The translations under genes and the position numbers were made by a program. This document shows, one piece after another, positions 47,062 to 60,856 of a stretch of DNA of 64,000 nt (position 1 is the first letter of the stretch; the number at the start of each line of letters is the position of its first letter). The notes beneath the pieces are model-generated. The model saw nothing but the letters and a program-made list of their open reading frames with translations, had not been told where the DNA came from and searched no databases. Source of the stretch: an uncultured Verrucomicrobiae bacterium (lineage in GTDB: Bacteria > Verrucomicrobiota > Verrucomicrobiia > Chthoniobacterales > UBA10450); contig CAWDGJ010000002.1 in NCBI GenBank assembly GCA_963801815.1, positions 288,001 through 352,000 of the forward strand, read 5' to 3'.

Positions 47062-49680
47062 CTTTTCCGGTGGCCGCACCGTCGCTAAAACATACGGTTG
47101 ATCGCGAAAATACTTTGCCGCCACTCGCTTGATCTCATCAAGCGTGACCGCGTTCGTTTCCTGTTCCAGTTTCTTGTAATAATCGAATCCGAGCCCGTAA
47201 AGCTCGTCGAGTGCAGTCTGGTAACCGAAAGAATCGTTGCTCTGCATGGCGATTTGATGTTGGCCGATCAGTTTTCGTTTCGCACGTGTCAATTCCTGGT
47301 CGGTCAAACCGTCGCTCGCCAGTTTCCGGATTTCATCGAGCAACGCCGTCTTCACCGGTTCGATCTTTTGCGGATCAGTCCCGAGATAAAACGCGAACAG
47401 CCCAGGCACCAGTCCCTGCATTTGGCTCGCCCCAACGTAGTAGGCCAGGCCCATGTTTTCGCGAATGCGAACGAAGAAACGCGAGCCAAGATCACTGCTC
47501 GCTTCATCGATAAGCTCGAGCGCATATCGGTCCTTGTCGAACATATCGACACCGCGATACCCGACCATGATTACGCCCTGGGCTTTCTCTTTATTGCTTT
47601 CCACGCTTTCCGTTTTCGTAATCGGCGCCGAGGGACGCGCGTCAGTCAACGCGAGCACGCCGGGTTTCATTTTGCCAAGCGTTTGTTCAAAAAGCTGTTT
47701 CACTTCGGCTGCGTTTACGTTTCCGAAAACGGCAACCACGCCGTTCTTGGCCACAATGTATTTGTCGCGGAATGCGACGAGATCTTTTTGCGTGAGATGC
47801 TGGACGGAATCAGCGGAACCATTGGACCGTAACGCGTAGGGATGGTCGGTAAACAACGCCTGGCGCAAAATATTGCGCGCGACCATCGTCAACTGTTCGT
47901 CTTCCTGTTTGATCCCGGCGACCTGAACCTGCTTTTCGCGCTCGATCACCTTCTCGGGAAAATTCGCATTGAGTAAAACGTCAGCGAGCAAATCGGCGCC
48001 GGTTTTCAAATCCGGCTTCATCACGTGGACGGAGACGCTCATGCTGTTGTTGCCGGCGTCGCTCGAAATCGATCCGCCGATCGCTTCGATTTGATCCGCG
48101 ATCTGCTCGCCCGTACGCGTATTCGTTCCCTTAAGCAACACGCGCGACGTCAACCGCGTGATTCCGTTTGTCGGTCGCGTTTCGGCGAGCAAACCGCCTC
48201 GAAAAACCGCCGTCATCGAAACCAGCGGCAATCGCGGATCTTCGCGCACAAGTAACCGCAGGCCGTTGGAAAGTTCGAACTTTTGAATTTCTCCAGCCGC
48301 GATCGGTTTCGCTGCTTCCTGTTTTTCAGCAAGTGAGCCCTTCGGATTTAACGAGGCGACGGTCAGGTTTTGATCGACGAGGTACTTCGCGGCGACGTGT
48401 TTAATGTCGTCGAGCGTGACTTTCTGGACGGCAGTCAGATAATCACGACTGAAATCGAGGTTACGGGTAAGTAGCCAGTTCGATCCCATATCCGACGCCT
48501 GTCCGCGCATGGTCGTGAGTGCATCAAGGTGATGGCTCAACGACATCTTCTTCGCCTTCATCAATTCATCGGCGGTCACGCCCGCTTGTTTCACCTCATC
48601 AATGATCTGCCGGATCAAATGCTGGGCTTCGTCGCGCTTTTTCGGATCAACCGTGGCATCGACACCGAACAAACCCGGATCGCCCGGAGTGTAGGAGAAG
48701 GCCGACACACTAAAAGCGAGTCCCGCCTGTTCGCGCACCCGCCGATACAAACGGGAGCTTCGGCCATCGCCCAAAATTCCGGCGAGCAGATCGATTGCCG
48801 GAACGTCCGGATGGGTGAGCTCGGGAATGTGCCAGGCCAATGAAAGCCGGCTCAGTTCGGTCGCGAACTCGTTATGAACTTCGCGCCGCCCAAGTTGCGG
48901 CGGTTCTTCCGGCACGAAGACCGGCTTGAGAGACTTCTCGGGGTAATCTTTGAAATAATCCGCGAGCTGCTGGCGGATTTTTTCGGCATCGACATCGCCG
49001 ACCACGATAAAAGTAAGATTGTTCGGCACGTAGCGCGACTTGTAGTACTGCATCACCTGCTCCTGGGTGAGCTGGTTGTAGATCTCGATCTCGCCAATGA
49101 CCGGGAACCGGTACGGATGTCGCTGATATGCGGTTGCAAAAAGGAGTTGGCCAGACTGGCGATCGGGATCGTCTAAACCCATGGCGAATTCGCGCCGAAT
49201 CACTTCCTGTTCTTTCACGTATTCTTCCGGCGGCAATGTGGAGTTCATCATCGCGTCGGACAAAACGTTGAGCGCGGTTTCTACACCGTCCTTCGGTACA
49301 TCGATCCAAAAGACGGTGCGGTCGAATGAGGTGTAGGCATTAATGTAACCGCCGACGTCCTGAATTTTTTGGGCGATATCGTTGGCTTTCCGGGTCTTCG
49401 TTCCCTTGAACAACATGTGCTCAAGGATGTGCGAAAGACCGGCACCGAGTTTGTCATCTTCGTAAATGCTCCCGGTGCCGCACCACGCCTGCACGCTCGC
49501 CACAGGCGCACTGCGGTCTTCTTTCACGATCAAGGTGAGGCCGTCGGGAAGAACCCATTTCTTCGCCGTGTTCGGCGGGAACGTGATGGCTTCGACGTCA
49601 TTCGTGGTCGAAGGTTTACAAGCGTTCAAATTCACCATGGCAAAGACAAAGGCGGAAACGAGGACTATAACGCGATACAC
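47056..49680 (-). CDS. M16 (pitrilysin-family) zinc peptidase, probable lipoprotein
   Basis: HILEHMLFKGT (HxxEH), NAYTSFDRT, duplicated M16 halves; LNAC lipobox-like. Confidence 0.9.
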   Translation of the reverse strand: MYRVIVLVSAFVFAMVNLNACKPSTTNDVEAITFPPNTAKKWVLPDGLTLIVKEDRSAPVASVQAWCGTGSIYEDDKLGAGLSHILEHMLFKGTKTRKANDIAQKIQDVGGYINAYTSFDRTVFWIDVPKDGVETALNVLSDAMMNSTLPPEEYVKEQEVIRREFAMGLDDPDRQSGQLLFATAYQRHPYRFPVIGEIEIYNQLTQEQVMQYYKSRYVPNNLTFIVVGDVDAEKIRQQLADYFKDYPEKSLKPVFVPEEPPQLGRREVHNEFATELSRLSLAWHIPELTHPDVPAIDLLAGILGDGRSSRLYRRVREQAGLAFSVSAFSYTPGDPGLFGVDATVDPKKRDEAQHLIRQIIDEVKQAGVTADELMKAKKMSLSHHLDALTTMRGQASDMGSNWLLTRNLDFSRDYLTAVQKVTLDDIKHVAAKYLVDQNLTVASLNPKGSLAEKQEAAKPIAAGEIQKFELSNGLRLLVREDPRLPLVSMTAVFRGGLLAETRPTNGITRLTSRVLLKGTNTRTGEQIADQIEAIGGSISSDAGNNSMSVSVHVMKPDLKTGADLLADVLLNANFPEKVIEREKQVQVAGIKQEDEQLTMVARNILRQALFTDHPYALRSNGSADSVQHLTQKDLVAFRDKYIVAKNGVVAVFGNVNAAEVKQLFEQTLGKMKPGVLALTDARPSAPITKTESVESNKEKAQGVIMVGYRGVDMFDKDRYALELIDEASSDLGSRFFVRIRENMGLAYYVGASQMQGLVPGLFAFYLGTDPQKIEPVKTALLDEIRKLASDGLTDQELTRAKRKLIGQHQIAMQSNDSFGYQTALDELYGLGFDYYKKLEQETNAVTLDEIKRVAAKYFRDQPYVLATVRPPEKK

Positions 49681-49722
49681 AAATTATTGCTTATTTGATT
49701 CCCAATCAGCCGCGCCGTTCGA

Positions 49723-50151
49723 TCAGGAAGTCTTCGGCGCCGGCAAACCCGGACGGGGTTCGACTTTTTTCTCCGGTGCGAACGGTTTCACGAACGCTTC
49801 CTGGAAGTCATAAACGTTTTTGAAATCTTCGATCGAATCCTCGTCGGTTTTCCCAAAGATTCCCGCGCCGATGAGATTAAAAACCATGTGGCCGATGTCC
49901 TCGGTCGCGTGAATCCCCCAATTTTCAAAAACAGTCATCACCAGCGGTCCAAATTCCTTGAGTGCATATTGGCGAACTCCCCCAAGCAGCTCGGGCCCGG
50001 AAACGTGTCGAATGGTTGTACCTTTCACTTTCTTCTGTTGCTTGGTCGTCAAATCGAGCGCGTCGCGGAGAAAAATGTAAGCCTCGCGTTGATAGCGATG
50101 GTCGGTCGCGACGATGGAATCGAGCGCTTCGGCAAATCCAATTTTCTGCAT
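49723..50151 (-). CDS. Minf_1886-family protein (Verrucomicrobia/Planctomycetes type)
   Basis: RYQREAYIFLRDAL, HVSGPELL, EFGPL..VFENWGI..TEDIGHMVFNLI, DSIEDF. Confidence 0.8.
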   Translation of the reverse strand: MQKIGFAEALDSIVATDHRYQREAYIFLRDALDLTTKQQKKVKGTTIRHVSGPELLGGVRQYALKEFGPLVMTVFENWGIHATEDIGHMVFNLIGAGIFGKTDEDSIEDFKNVYDFQEAFVKPFAPEKKVEPRPGLPAPKTS

Positions 50152-50266
50152 TAATGAAAAAGCGCGGCTTAACCGCGCCTACTAATCTAGTTGGCAAACC
50201 TGCTCTCGGCAACTACCGGGAACGGTGGCCGGCTTAGACCGGCCACCATCATTCCGCTCTTCGAAA

Positions 50267-51232
50267 TCAGTAGCCGCTGGCGTAATTGCGCAATCCCATG
50301 GCGTTGAGCGTTTCAGTGGTTAACTCGCCGCTGATACCAAGACCATGTTTGGTTTGAAACCGCACAATCGCGTGCCGCGTTTCCGGTCCCATAACACCAT
50401 CGATTTGCCCGCGATAAAAACCGTCTCGGCTCAAACGATCCTGAGCAGCCGCGACGGCCGAATTCCCGGACTGACCGCCATAACCATTTTGGTATCCGGA
50501 CTGGTCATTGTAGCCGTTGTTGTAGCCAGACTGGTCGCCGGGATCGGTATATCCGTATCCGTAATCACCGTTGTACCCGTTCGGGTAGTAACCGTAGTTG
50601 TACGGATAATCGTAGTAGCCGTAACCATAGTACGGGTAATCCCACCACGGCCACCAAGGATAAAATCCGAGATCAAAGGCAAACCAGGAGCCGCCGATGA
50701 AACACCACCGATGGCCGTGCCAAAAGTGGTCGTGATGATGATCCCAATTGGCGCGCCAGTTTGCCGAATGTTGTGCGACGACGTGGCTACGCCAGTTCGA
50801 CGCGAGTCGGTTCCCGTTCTGGAATTGCCTCGTGCCGGTTCGCTGATTGTGGAGCACAGCGTTGTTTCGCGCGAAACCATTTCCATTTTGAGCGAGATGG
50901 GAACTGTTTCTGAACTGATTCGCTCGGTTAACTCCCATATTCCCGGAGTTGAATTGCCGCGCAACGACCGGCGCACTCGACGTCGAGTGGACAAAACGCT
51001 GGCCATACACTGGCCCACGCATTCCGACGGAGGAGAAATGTCGACCAGAATACATCATTCGACCACCGCCCGCCGGCATCGAACGAAACGATGAGCTAAC
51101 ACCGCCTCGGGACACGCCGGAGTGACCCGAGACAAAATTCCCGCCGCCGCCGTTATGATGGCCGCTGGCGTAGGCACCTCCAACAAAAGCCGCGCTTGTA
51201 AGCAGTGCGACCGCTAACAGTTTAATTTTCAT
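50267..51232 (-). CDS. Secreted low-complexity (G/N/H/W/Y-rich) protein with C-terminal peptidoglycan-binding domain
   Basis: Signal MKIKLLAVALL..AYA from ATG 51232; AAQDRLSRDGFYRGQIDGVMGPETRHAIVRFQ. Confidence 0.85.
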   Translation of the reverse strand: MKIKLLAVALLTSAAFVGGAYASGHHNGGGGNFVSGHSGVSRGGVSSSFRSMPAGGGRMMYSGRHFSSVGMRGPVYGQRFVHSTSSAPVVARQFNSGNMGVNRANQFRNSSHLAQNGNGFARNNAVLHNQRTGTRQFQNGNRLASNWRSHVVAQHSANWRANWDHHHDHFWHGHRWCFIGGSWFAFDLGFYPWWPWWDYPYYGYGYYDYPYNYGYYPNGYNGDYGYGYTDPGDQSGYNNGYNDQSGYQNGYGGQSGNSAVAAAQDRLSRDGFYRGQIDGVMGPETRHAIVRFQTKHGLGISGELTTETLNAMGLRNYASGY

Positions 51233-51344
51233 ATAGATCCTTCGAGGTTGAGTTGTACTTATTGAACCACTCAGTTTAAGTAGTGTTGCACACGAACTTG
51301 CCCCTTTCGCCCGGTTTCTGCACGGCTTCGTCCCGCCATGCCGG

Positions 51345-52598
51345 TCAGAACTCCAGTTCCATCGCGTCGAGATAAATCGAGAGTGCATCCCTTCTTCTTG
51401 GCTTTTGAGACTCGCTGGCAGTGTCCGCTTTCAGATAATCGTCAAACAACCCACTCGACGTCTCCAGTTTAGCAGCCTCGAACCAGTTCATGTAGTCATC
51501 GATATTGCTCATCCGGACGGAGAGTCTTTCGCGCATGGCTTTTAATTTAGCCAGGCGAGCCGCGATGCCGCGATTTCTCCCAAGGGCAAGCTGCTCGGCA
51601 ATCTGTTGATAATCCTGAATCACAGGGCGCAACACCGGATTCGCATGTACGGTCTGCAAGCACAATTCCTCGGCCAACTTTCGCAGCGCCAGACGTTGAG
51701 CCGACGTCGGCTTGATTCGCATAAATTCATCAAGTCGCATCGATTTGCTCAAGGTTTCGTTCAATTTCGCCTGGGTCTCTGAAAACGTGAGAAGGCCCCG
51801 CTCGGCCGATTTCACGCCGGAAATCCTCGATCTCCAGGCTTTTTCAAAATCACCAACTGCGGGAAACGCAGCCTGCAGATCTGCCAGCGGATCGGTTGAA
51901 CCACGAGCGAGATTTTCGATGTAACGCCCGAGTTGAGCGCGACCGTTTGGACTCTCGGCAAGCAATTGCACAAGAACGAACGAATAAGCGCCATAAAGTT
52001 CCCTTGCTGCCGAATCGAGCAATTCCGGGCGTTGATGCAAAAACTCTTCAAGTGAACTGGGACTCGCCGGCACAGACAAAACAGCCGCGAGAGGCGCATG
52101 GTCGCGATTTGGCGCCGATTGAAGAAGCCCGTCCACCAGCCAGGTTGGCGGATCAACATATGCGTCTCCGAAAACGATTCTGGCCCGATTTCGGTAAATC
52201 ATTTCCAACAGCACAGCGCGAACGAGCTCGCGCTCGATTGCGGTCGGATTGATCTCGAGTGAAATGGCGACGTCGAGCTGCAGTTTCAAACCCATTTCGG
52301 TTTGGCTCAATCCGAGGTCCGTCGCCGGAATTTCCGGCAAATTTACAGCGCGCGGTTGCAAGTTAATGACGATGGGAATTTTCCAGTTGTCGCGTCGCTT
52401 CAAGACGGCGAGCAGATCGGCCCTGGTTTTTTCGGCGATCGCGGAGATCACGCCGCGATACGCGGCGTCGACACCATAGATGATGAATTGTCCGGACGGG
52501 CTCACGCTACGCCCAGCAGGTTCGAGCCCGCATAGGGCGAAACGAAAGACCAAAAGGAAGAGCGAGGCGACGAAAACTCGGGGGATCCGGGGGTTCAC
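51345..52598 (-). CDS. Secreted hypothetical protein
   Basis: 417-aa open frame with signal-like N-terminus; no family assigned. Confidence 0.65.
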   Translation of the reverse strand: MNPRIPRVFVASLFLLVFRFALCGLEPAGRSVSPSGQFIIYGVDAAYRGVISAIAEKTRADLLAVLKRRDNWKIPIVINLQPRAVNLPEIPATDLGLSQTEMGLKLQLDVAISLEINPTAIERELVRAVLLEMIYRNRARIVFGDAYVDPPTWLVDGLLQSAPNRDHAPLAAVLSVPASPSSLEEFLHQRPELLDSAARELYGAYSFVLVQLLAESPNGRAQLGRYIENLARGSTDPLADLQAAFPAVGDFEKAWRSRISGVKSAERGLLTFSETQAKLNETLSKSMRLDEFMRIKPTSAQRLALRKLAEELCLQTVHANPVLRPVIQDYQQIAEQLALGRNRGIAARLAKLKAMRERLSVRMSNIDDYMNWFEAAKLETSSGLFDDYLKADTASESQKPRRRDALSIYLDAMELEF

Positions 52599-52705
52599 AG
52601 ACAGCGCCGCCAGAATAGTTGCCCGGTGCTCGAAATGGCGAGCACCTATTTTCGATCAAAAAAAGGTGAAACTCAGAGCTGTTACTTACGTCCAATCTCC
52701 GGAAG

Positions 52706-53521
52706 TCAAAGACTAGTTTGATTGGCTGGTTGGCTGGCTGGCGGAGCCGAAGGCGACGGCGCACTCCCGGCCACTCCCTTAACGGCCGGCGGCGCCATTA
52801 TAACGTTGCCGTCATGGAAAGCGACGCTGTTCATCTTGCTTACCAATTTTCGCTCGCGATCCAGCGCGGCCCAGACATCCTTAAAAATAATATTAGCGTA
52901 TCGCATGATTGAAGGATGAATCGGCAAGCGCCCGATCCAACCGCCAGTATTTACCACCGAAATCTGTTTCGCATGGTCATCCATCCGATAAGACACTTGG
53001 CTGTAAATAGGGTATCCGAAAATCGAACGTTCCCATCCAATGATGCAAATTCCTTCCTTAAAGACGACCGCTGCGCGGTCAAAGTTTAAGAACGGCTTGT
53101 CCAATACCTTCTTCTTTCCCGCCAATCGATATGCGAGGTAGGCGTTAATGTCCTTGTCTGAGTAATTGAGCGTCACCGATTTCCGGATTGCGTTTTCCAA
53201 TTCGAGGTCGAGTTGCACCGGCGACGAAACTTTGACGGGGGGAGGAAACTCCGGTGGCAGCACCATCTGGATCAGGCCGGCCGCCGCGACGGCCCCGAGC
53301 ATTAACTTGAGAGCCGTTAAAAGATTCCGACGGGTCCGGCTCGGGCCCTGCAGCAATTTCCGCAACCGACGATGCGTTTCCTCAGCGTTGTCGATTTTTT
53401 TCTTCGAAATCACCCCGGAGCGATCCAATCGTTCTCCACAATTGTGGCAATAAATGCGCTCAGCCTCATTTTCGTGGCGGCATTCTGCACAAACCAATTT
53501 ACGCGTTGTCGTTGTGGTCAT
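52706..53521 (-). CDS. Zinc-ribbon, single-TM hypothetical protein
   Basis: CAEC..CHNC, TM helix; ATGA overlap with the upstream gene. Confidence 0.7.
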   Translation of the reverse strand: MTTTTTRKLVCAECRHENEAERIYCHNCGERLDRSGVISKKKIDNAEETHRRLRKLLQGPSRTRRNLLTALKLMLGAVAAAGLIQMVLPPEFPPPVKVSSPVQLDLELENAIRKSVTLNYSDKDINAYLAYRLAGKKKVLDKPFLNFDRAAVVFKEGICIIGWERSIFGYPIYSQVSYRMDDHAKQISVVNTGGWIGRLPIHPSIMRYANIIFKDVWAALDRERKLVSKMNSVAFHDGNVIMAPPAVKGVAGSAPSPSAPPASQPANQTSL

Positions 53522-53865
53522 GGTGCCGATTCCTTCTTGGATTTGGTTGAAGGAGTTGATGGCGAGGTCTTTGACGTTTTCCCTTCCTTGCTGGCCGGTT
53601 TTTCACCGCTCGCGCTCGCAGGCGAAGGCGCTTCCTTCTTGGCCGCTTCCTGATACGCCTTACTGCGATAGTCCGTGCTGTAAAATCCGGAGCCCTTAAA
53701 AATAATTCCGGCACCCGTTCCAAGCAGGCGTTTCACCCTGCCGTGCCCCCATTTTGGCAACCGGCAAAGCTCTTTCGGGCATTGGGTAAATGGTTTATCG
53801 CGCATCGATTGGAATGCTTCGAAGTTTTGATCGCATTTTTGGCAGTGGTATTCGTAAGTCGGCAT
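53518..53865 (-). CDS. FmdB-family zinc-ribbon protein
   Basis: MPTYEYHCQKC..CP..IIFKGSGFYSTDY. Confidence 0.88.
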   Translation of the reverse strand: MPTYEYHCQKCDQNFEAFQSMRDKPFTQCPKELCRLPKWGHGRVKRLLGTGAGIIFKGSGFYSTDYRSKAYQEAAKKEAPSPASASGEKPASKEGKTSKTSPSTPSTKSKKESAP

Positions 53866-53996
53866 GGCGGGAGTAAGCCCGCAAGAGTCTGCTTACGCAA
53901 AAGCACAATTCAAGCCGCGTCCCGGTGCAAAATTGGCCCGATGCCTCTCTTGACTTTGGCAGCGTCGTTGGTAGAGGGTTCGACCGAAAAAAAATT

Positions 53997-54599
53997 ATGC
54001 GTTGCTCATTTTATCTGCCCCTCTCGATCCTCGCGGTGGCCACGTTTTTTTTCACCAGCTGCGAGGAAGACGTTCGTTATTCGGGCGAAACGCAGTATCT
54101 CGGTGGAGTTTACGGGAATCAGCCGACTTCCAACGCGCCGGTCGACAATGTCTCTTATTGGGATGGCGACCACATCGGCGGCAGGCCTTCGGTCAAGATC
54201 AGCATTAAAGAACAGCGCGCGTATTTTTACAAAAACGGAATGCTCGTGGGCATTTCACAGCTATCGACTGGTCGCGAAGGAAAAAACACGCCCATCGGTC
54301 ATTTTTCTATCATCAACAAAGACAAAGGCCACGCCTCCAGCATGTATGGCGACTTCGTGGACAAGAGCGACCAGGTCGTAAAGCCGAATGTCGCGGTGAG
54401 CGATCCCAAGCCGCCAGGCACACATTTCAAAGGCGCGTCGATGCCGTACTACATGCAAATCGCGCCCGGATTCGGGCTTCACGCCGGTTACCTGCCAGGT
54501 TATCCCGCTTCCCATGGTTGCATCCGGATGCCGGAATTCATGGCCGAGAATTTCTTCAAATCGGTGTCGGTTGGAACTCCGGTCACGATCACCAACTGA
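53997..54599 (+). CDS. L,D-transpeptidase family lipoprotein
   Basis: FTSC lipobox; STG..TP.G.F, GLHAGYLPGYPASHGCIRM. Confidence 0.9.
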   Translation: MRCSFYLPLSILAVATFFFTSCEEDVRYSGETQYLGGVYGNQPTSNAPVDNVSYWDGDHIGGRPSVKISIKEQRAYFYKNGMLVGISQLSTGREGKNTPIGHFSIINKDKGHASSMYGDFVDKSDQVVKPNVAVSDPKPPGTHFKGASMPYYMQIAPGFGLHAGYLPGYPASHGCIRMPEFMAENFFKSVSVGTPVTITN

Positions 54600-54667
54600 G
54601 TTGTAGCTGCGCATCTTGGGGCCGTCGCCACACTGGAAGATTTGTCTCCTTTCGGCGAAGGTTCGCG

Positions 54668-57900
<3,233 letters not shown>

Positions 57901-57904
<4 letters not shown>

Positions 57905-58887
57905 TCCGCCAAATTTTCCTCGGATTGATCGCGGCCAGCCTGGCAAATTTCTCATTGATTAGCCAGGCCGCCTTTGCCGCCCAGCCGGAACCGGAAGTAG
58001 TCGACGGCGTGGCCGCGGTGGTTAACGGCGACGTCATTACCTATTCTCAAGTCCGCGACCTTGTTGGCCCGCGCGAGAAATTATTGCGCGCTCAATTCAG
58101 TGGCAACGACCTGATCAGTAAAATCAAGGAAGCGCGGGAAGCTGCGCTCCGGGATTTAATCGATCGCCAGCTGATCATTCAAGCGTTCAAGAGCGAGAAC
58201 TACCAGATTCCGGACCACTTCATCGAAGAACGGATGCACGACATCATCCAGAGCGATTTCGGCGGCGACCGAAACACCTTCATCAAAACGCTCGAGGCCC
58301 AAAATTTCACCATGGGCGAATTCAAGAAGATGGAGATGGAAAAAATGATCGTCCAGGCGATGCGCAGCCGGAATGTGAAGCTCGATCTCGCCGTTTCGCC
58401 GGTGAAAGTAGAGGAATATTACAAGGCCCACCGGGAAGAGTTCACCAGCAAGGAACAGGTTAAATTGCGCCTGATCATGATCCCGAGTCACGCCAGCGAT
58501 GGCGAAGCGGCAGCGCAGAAAGCAATGGCCCAGGAAATTTTCAGCAAACTAAATCACGGCGCTGAATTCGAACGCATGGCGCAACTCTACTCCGAGGACA
58601 GCACTCGCGAGAACGGCGGCGATTGGGGTTGGGTCGATCGCAAGACGCTGGCCGCACCGCTCGAGAAAGCCGCGTTCGCACTCAACACGGGTAAGATCAG
58701 CAACATCATCGAGTTCAGTGGCAACTACTACATTCTTAAAGTCGAAGACAGACACGGCGGCGAAACCCGCTCGCTCGAACAAGCACGCGCGGACATCGAA
58801 AAGAAACTGATGCACGATGAGGCCCAGGCGCTTCAGGAGAAGTGGCTCGCCAGTCTCCGCTCCAAGGCTTACATCAAGACGTTCTAA
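57901..58887 (+). CDS. surA: SurA-like parvulin peptidyl-prolyl isomerase
   Basis: Signal peptide, VAAVVNGDVIT, FERMAQLYSED..GGDWGW; between mfd and pdxA. Confidence 0.8.
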
Positions 58888-58903
58888 TACGTTTGTCTGT
58901 TAG

Positions 58904-58927
58904 GTAGGGGCGATTGACCTCAATCGC
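58904..58927 (+). repeat. Single GTAG-tagged REP
   Basis: GTAGGGGCGATTGACCTCAATCGC. Confidence 0.65.
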
Positions 58928-58947
58928 GCGTTTGTCGAAGATGCGCC

Positions 58948-59856
58948 ATGCGACCGCGCATTGGAATCACGCTCGGTGATTGCGCCGGCATTGGACCGGA
59001 GATCGTCGATCTTGCTCTGAAATCGAAAAAGGTTCCTGATTCGGCAGATTACGTCGTCATCGGTCGACAGCCGAATTGCAAACCGGGCGCGTCCACGATT
59101 GAAACGGCGCGGGCCGCGGCCGCTGCGCTTGAAGAAGCTGTCACTCGCGCGCGACGCGGCGAGCTTCATGCGGTTGTCACCGCACCGATTCACAAGGCTC
59201 GCATGTACGAAGCGGGATTTAGGTTTCCCGGCCAGACCGAATTTTTCGCCGAACGCTGCGGCGTAAAGAACTTCGCCATGTGTCTTATCGGCGGCAAGCT
59301 CACCGTCGCACTCGTTACTTCTCACATTCCACTGGCGAAAGTTCCGAGCGCGCTCAAACAATCCGAAATCGTCCGCGTTGGCTTGCTCCTCGTCGATTTC
59401 CTGCAGCGCCGAACGGCGAGTCGCAACTTGAATGCATTATGCATTCAAGTTCGTATCGCCGTTTGTGGACTGAATCCGCATGCCGGCGAGTCGGGTAAGA
59501 TCGGCCGTGAAGAAATCGAAACCATTGGGCCGGCTGTCGCCGCGCTGAAATCTGAAAGCGAAAATCTCAAAGCTGAAATTTCCGGACCGCACTCGCCGGA
59601 TACGGTCTTTCATCGTGCGGTCGAAGGAGAGTTCGACGCTGTGCTTTGCATGTATCACGATCAAGGCCTGATTCCGCTCAAGCTCCACGCATTTCATAAC
59701 GGTGTGAACACAACGCTCGGTCTGCCGTTCCCGCGCACCAGTCCGGATCACGGCACTGCGTTCGAGATCGCCGGTAAAGGAATCGCGCGGCCCGACAGCA
59801 TGATCGCCGCGATCAATCTCGCCGTTGAACTTGCGCAAGCAAAAGAGATGAGATGA
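58948..59856 (+). CDS. pdxA: 4-hydroxythreonine-4-phosphate dehydrogenase
   Basis: GDCAGIGPE, VTAPIHK, GLNPHAGE, MYHDQGLIP, RTSPDHGTAF. Confidence 0.93.
   Translation: MRPRIGITLGDCAGIGPEIVDLALKSKKVPDSADYVVIGRQPNCKPGASTIETARAAAAALEEAVTRARRGELHAVVTAPIHKARMYEAGFRFPGQTEFFAERCGVKNFAMCLIGGKLTVALVTSHIPLAKVPSALKQSEIVRVGLLLVDFLQRRTASRNLNALCIQVRIAVCGLNPHAGESGKIGREEIETIGPAVAALKSESENLKAEISGPHSPDTVFHRAVEGEFDAVLCMYHDQGLIPLKLHAFHNGVNTTLGLPFPRTSPDHGTAFEIAGKGIARPDSMIAAINLAVELAQAKEMR
59425..59451. repeat. Intragenic perfect 27-bp palindrome in pdxA
   Basis: AACTTGAATGCAT-T-ATGCATTCAAGTT; encodes NLNALCIQV. Confidence 0.85.
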
Positions 59857-60024
59857 ATCTGGAATCCACGAATGCATGAACCGAAAAGAATTGGGAAAAG
59901 AGAAAGCGCTTGAGCCACAGATTTACACAGATGAAACACAGATTTGCCGAAAGAAGGTTCTGCATTTGTGTCAACCTGTGTTCATCCGTGGCTTCTTAAT
60001 TCCTGATTTCCTGGTTTCCTGATT
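59857..60024. repeat. Nested inverted repeats (CACAGAT family inside CAGGAA/TTCCTG family)
   Basis: AGCCACAGATTTACACAGATGAAACACAGAT..ACCTGTGTTCATCCGTGGCT (59913-59993) followed by TTCCTGATTTCCTGGTTTCCTG; half copy at 62612-62640. Confidence 0.7.
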
Positions 60025-60037
60025 AGTCTTTTTTCAA

Positions 60038-60850
60038 ATGAACGCGCCCGTCGCCAAATACGCTTCCGTTTTCAACATCGGGCTTCAGAACACGTTCGTT
60101 TACCGCTGGAATTATTTTTTGCGCGCGGCGTTCGGATTGATCCCGCTCGCCGGAACAGTGTTTCTTTGGAACGCCGTTTTCAAAGAACGCGGCCGCGGAC
60201 TGCACGGTTATGACTACGGCTCGATGATTTATTATTACCTGCTCACGATCCTGGTCAGCAATCTGGTCACGCCGACGGAAGATGAATGGCAAATCGCCGC
60301 CGACATTCGTGAAGGCCAGATCAACGCGCTCCTGACCAAGCCGATGAGTTATCTCACATATCGGTTCAGCATCTTTTGCAGCGGCCGGCTCGTTTACACC
60401 TTTGTCACCCTCCCGCCAATCGCGCTCATCTTTCTCTATTTCCACAACTACGTCACACTTCCACACGATCCACTCACTTACGTGCTCGCCATCGTATCGA
60501 CGATGATGGCGGCATTCATCCAATTCTTCATCACCTATTCGCTCGCGATGATGGCGTTCTGGATTTTGGAGATCACCACCTTCGTGTTCATCGTTTACTC
60601 GTTCGAATATTTCCTGGGCGGGCAAATGTTCCCGATCGACATCATGCCGGCCGGTGTTCAGGCGGCGTTGAAATGGATGCCGTTCTATTACGAACTGTTC
60701 TGTCCGGTCGCGATTTTTCTCGGGCGCTTGAAAGGCGCCGAACTCTGGCAAGCCCTCGCGATCCAAACCGGCTGGCTGTTTCTCACCTGGTCAATGGCGC
60801 GAATGATGTGGCACCGCGGCCTGCGTCATTATCAAGCCGTCGGTGGATAG
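60038..60850 (+). CDS. ABC-2 family permease (DUF990-like)
   Basis: Multi-TM, DIREGQINALLTKP, GGQMFPID, YQAVGG terminus. Confidence 0.82.
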   Translation: MNAPVAKYASVFNIGLQNTFVYRWNYFLRAAFGLIPLAGTVFLWNAVFKERGRGLHGYDYGSMIYYYLLTILVSNLVTPTEDEWQIAADIREGQINALLTKPMSYLTYRFSIFCSGRLVYTFVTLPPIALIFLYFHNYVTLPHDPLTYVLAIVSTMMAAFIQFFITYSLAMMAFWILEITTFVFIVYSFEYFLGGQMFPIDIMPAGVQAALKWMPFYYELFCPVAIFLGRLKGAELWQALAIQTGWLFLTWSMARMMWHRGLRHYQAVGG

Positions 60851-60856
60851 AATTAG

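Noticed and set aside
50224..50247. Hairpin GGTGGCCGG/CCGGCCACC as an intrinsic terminator
   Set aside because: Good stem but no U-tract on either strand; left uncalled.
54518..54667. N-terminal extension of Mfd in the ORF track
   Set aside because: Overlaps the L,D-transpeptidase 3' end; GTG 54668 is more plausible.
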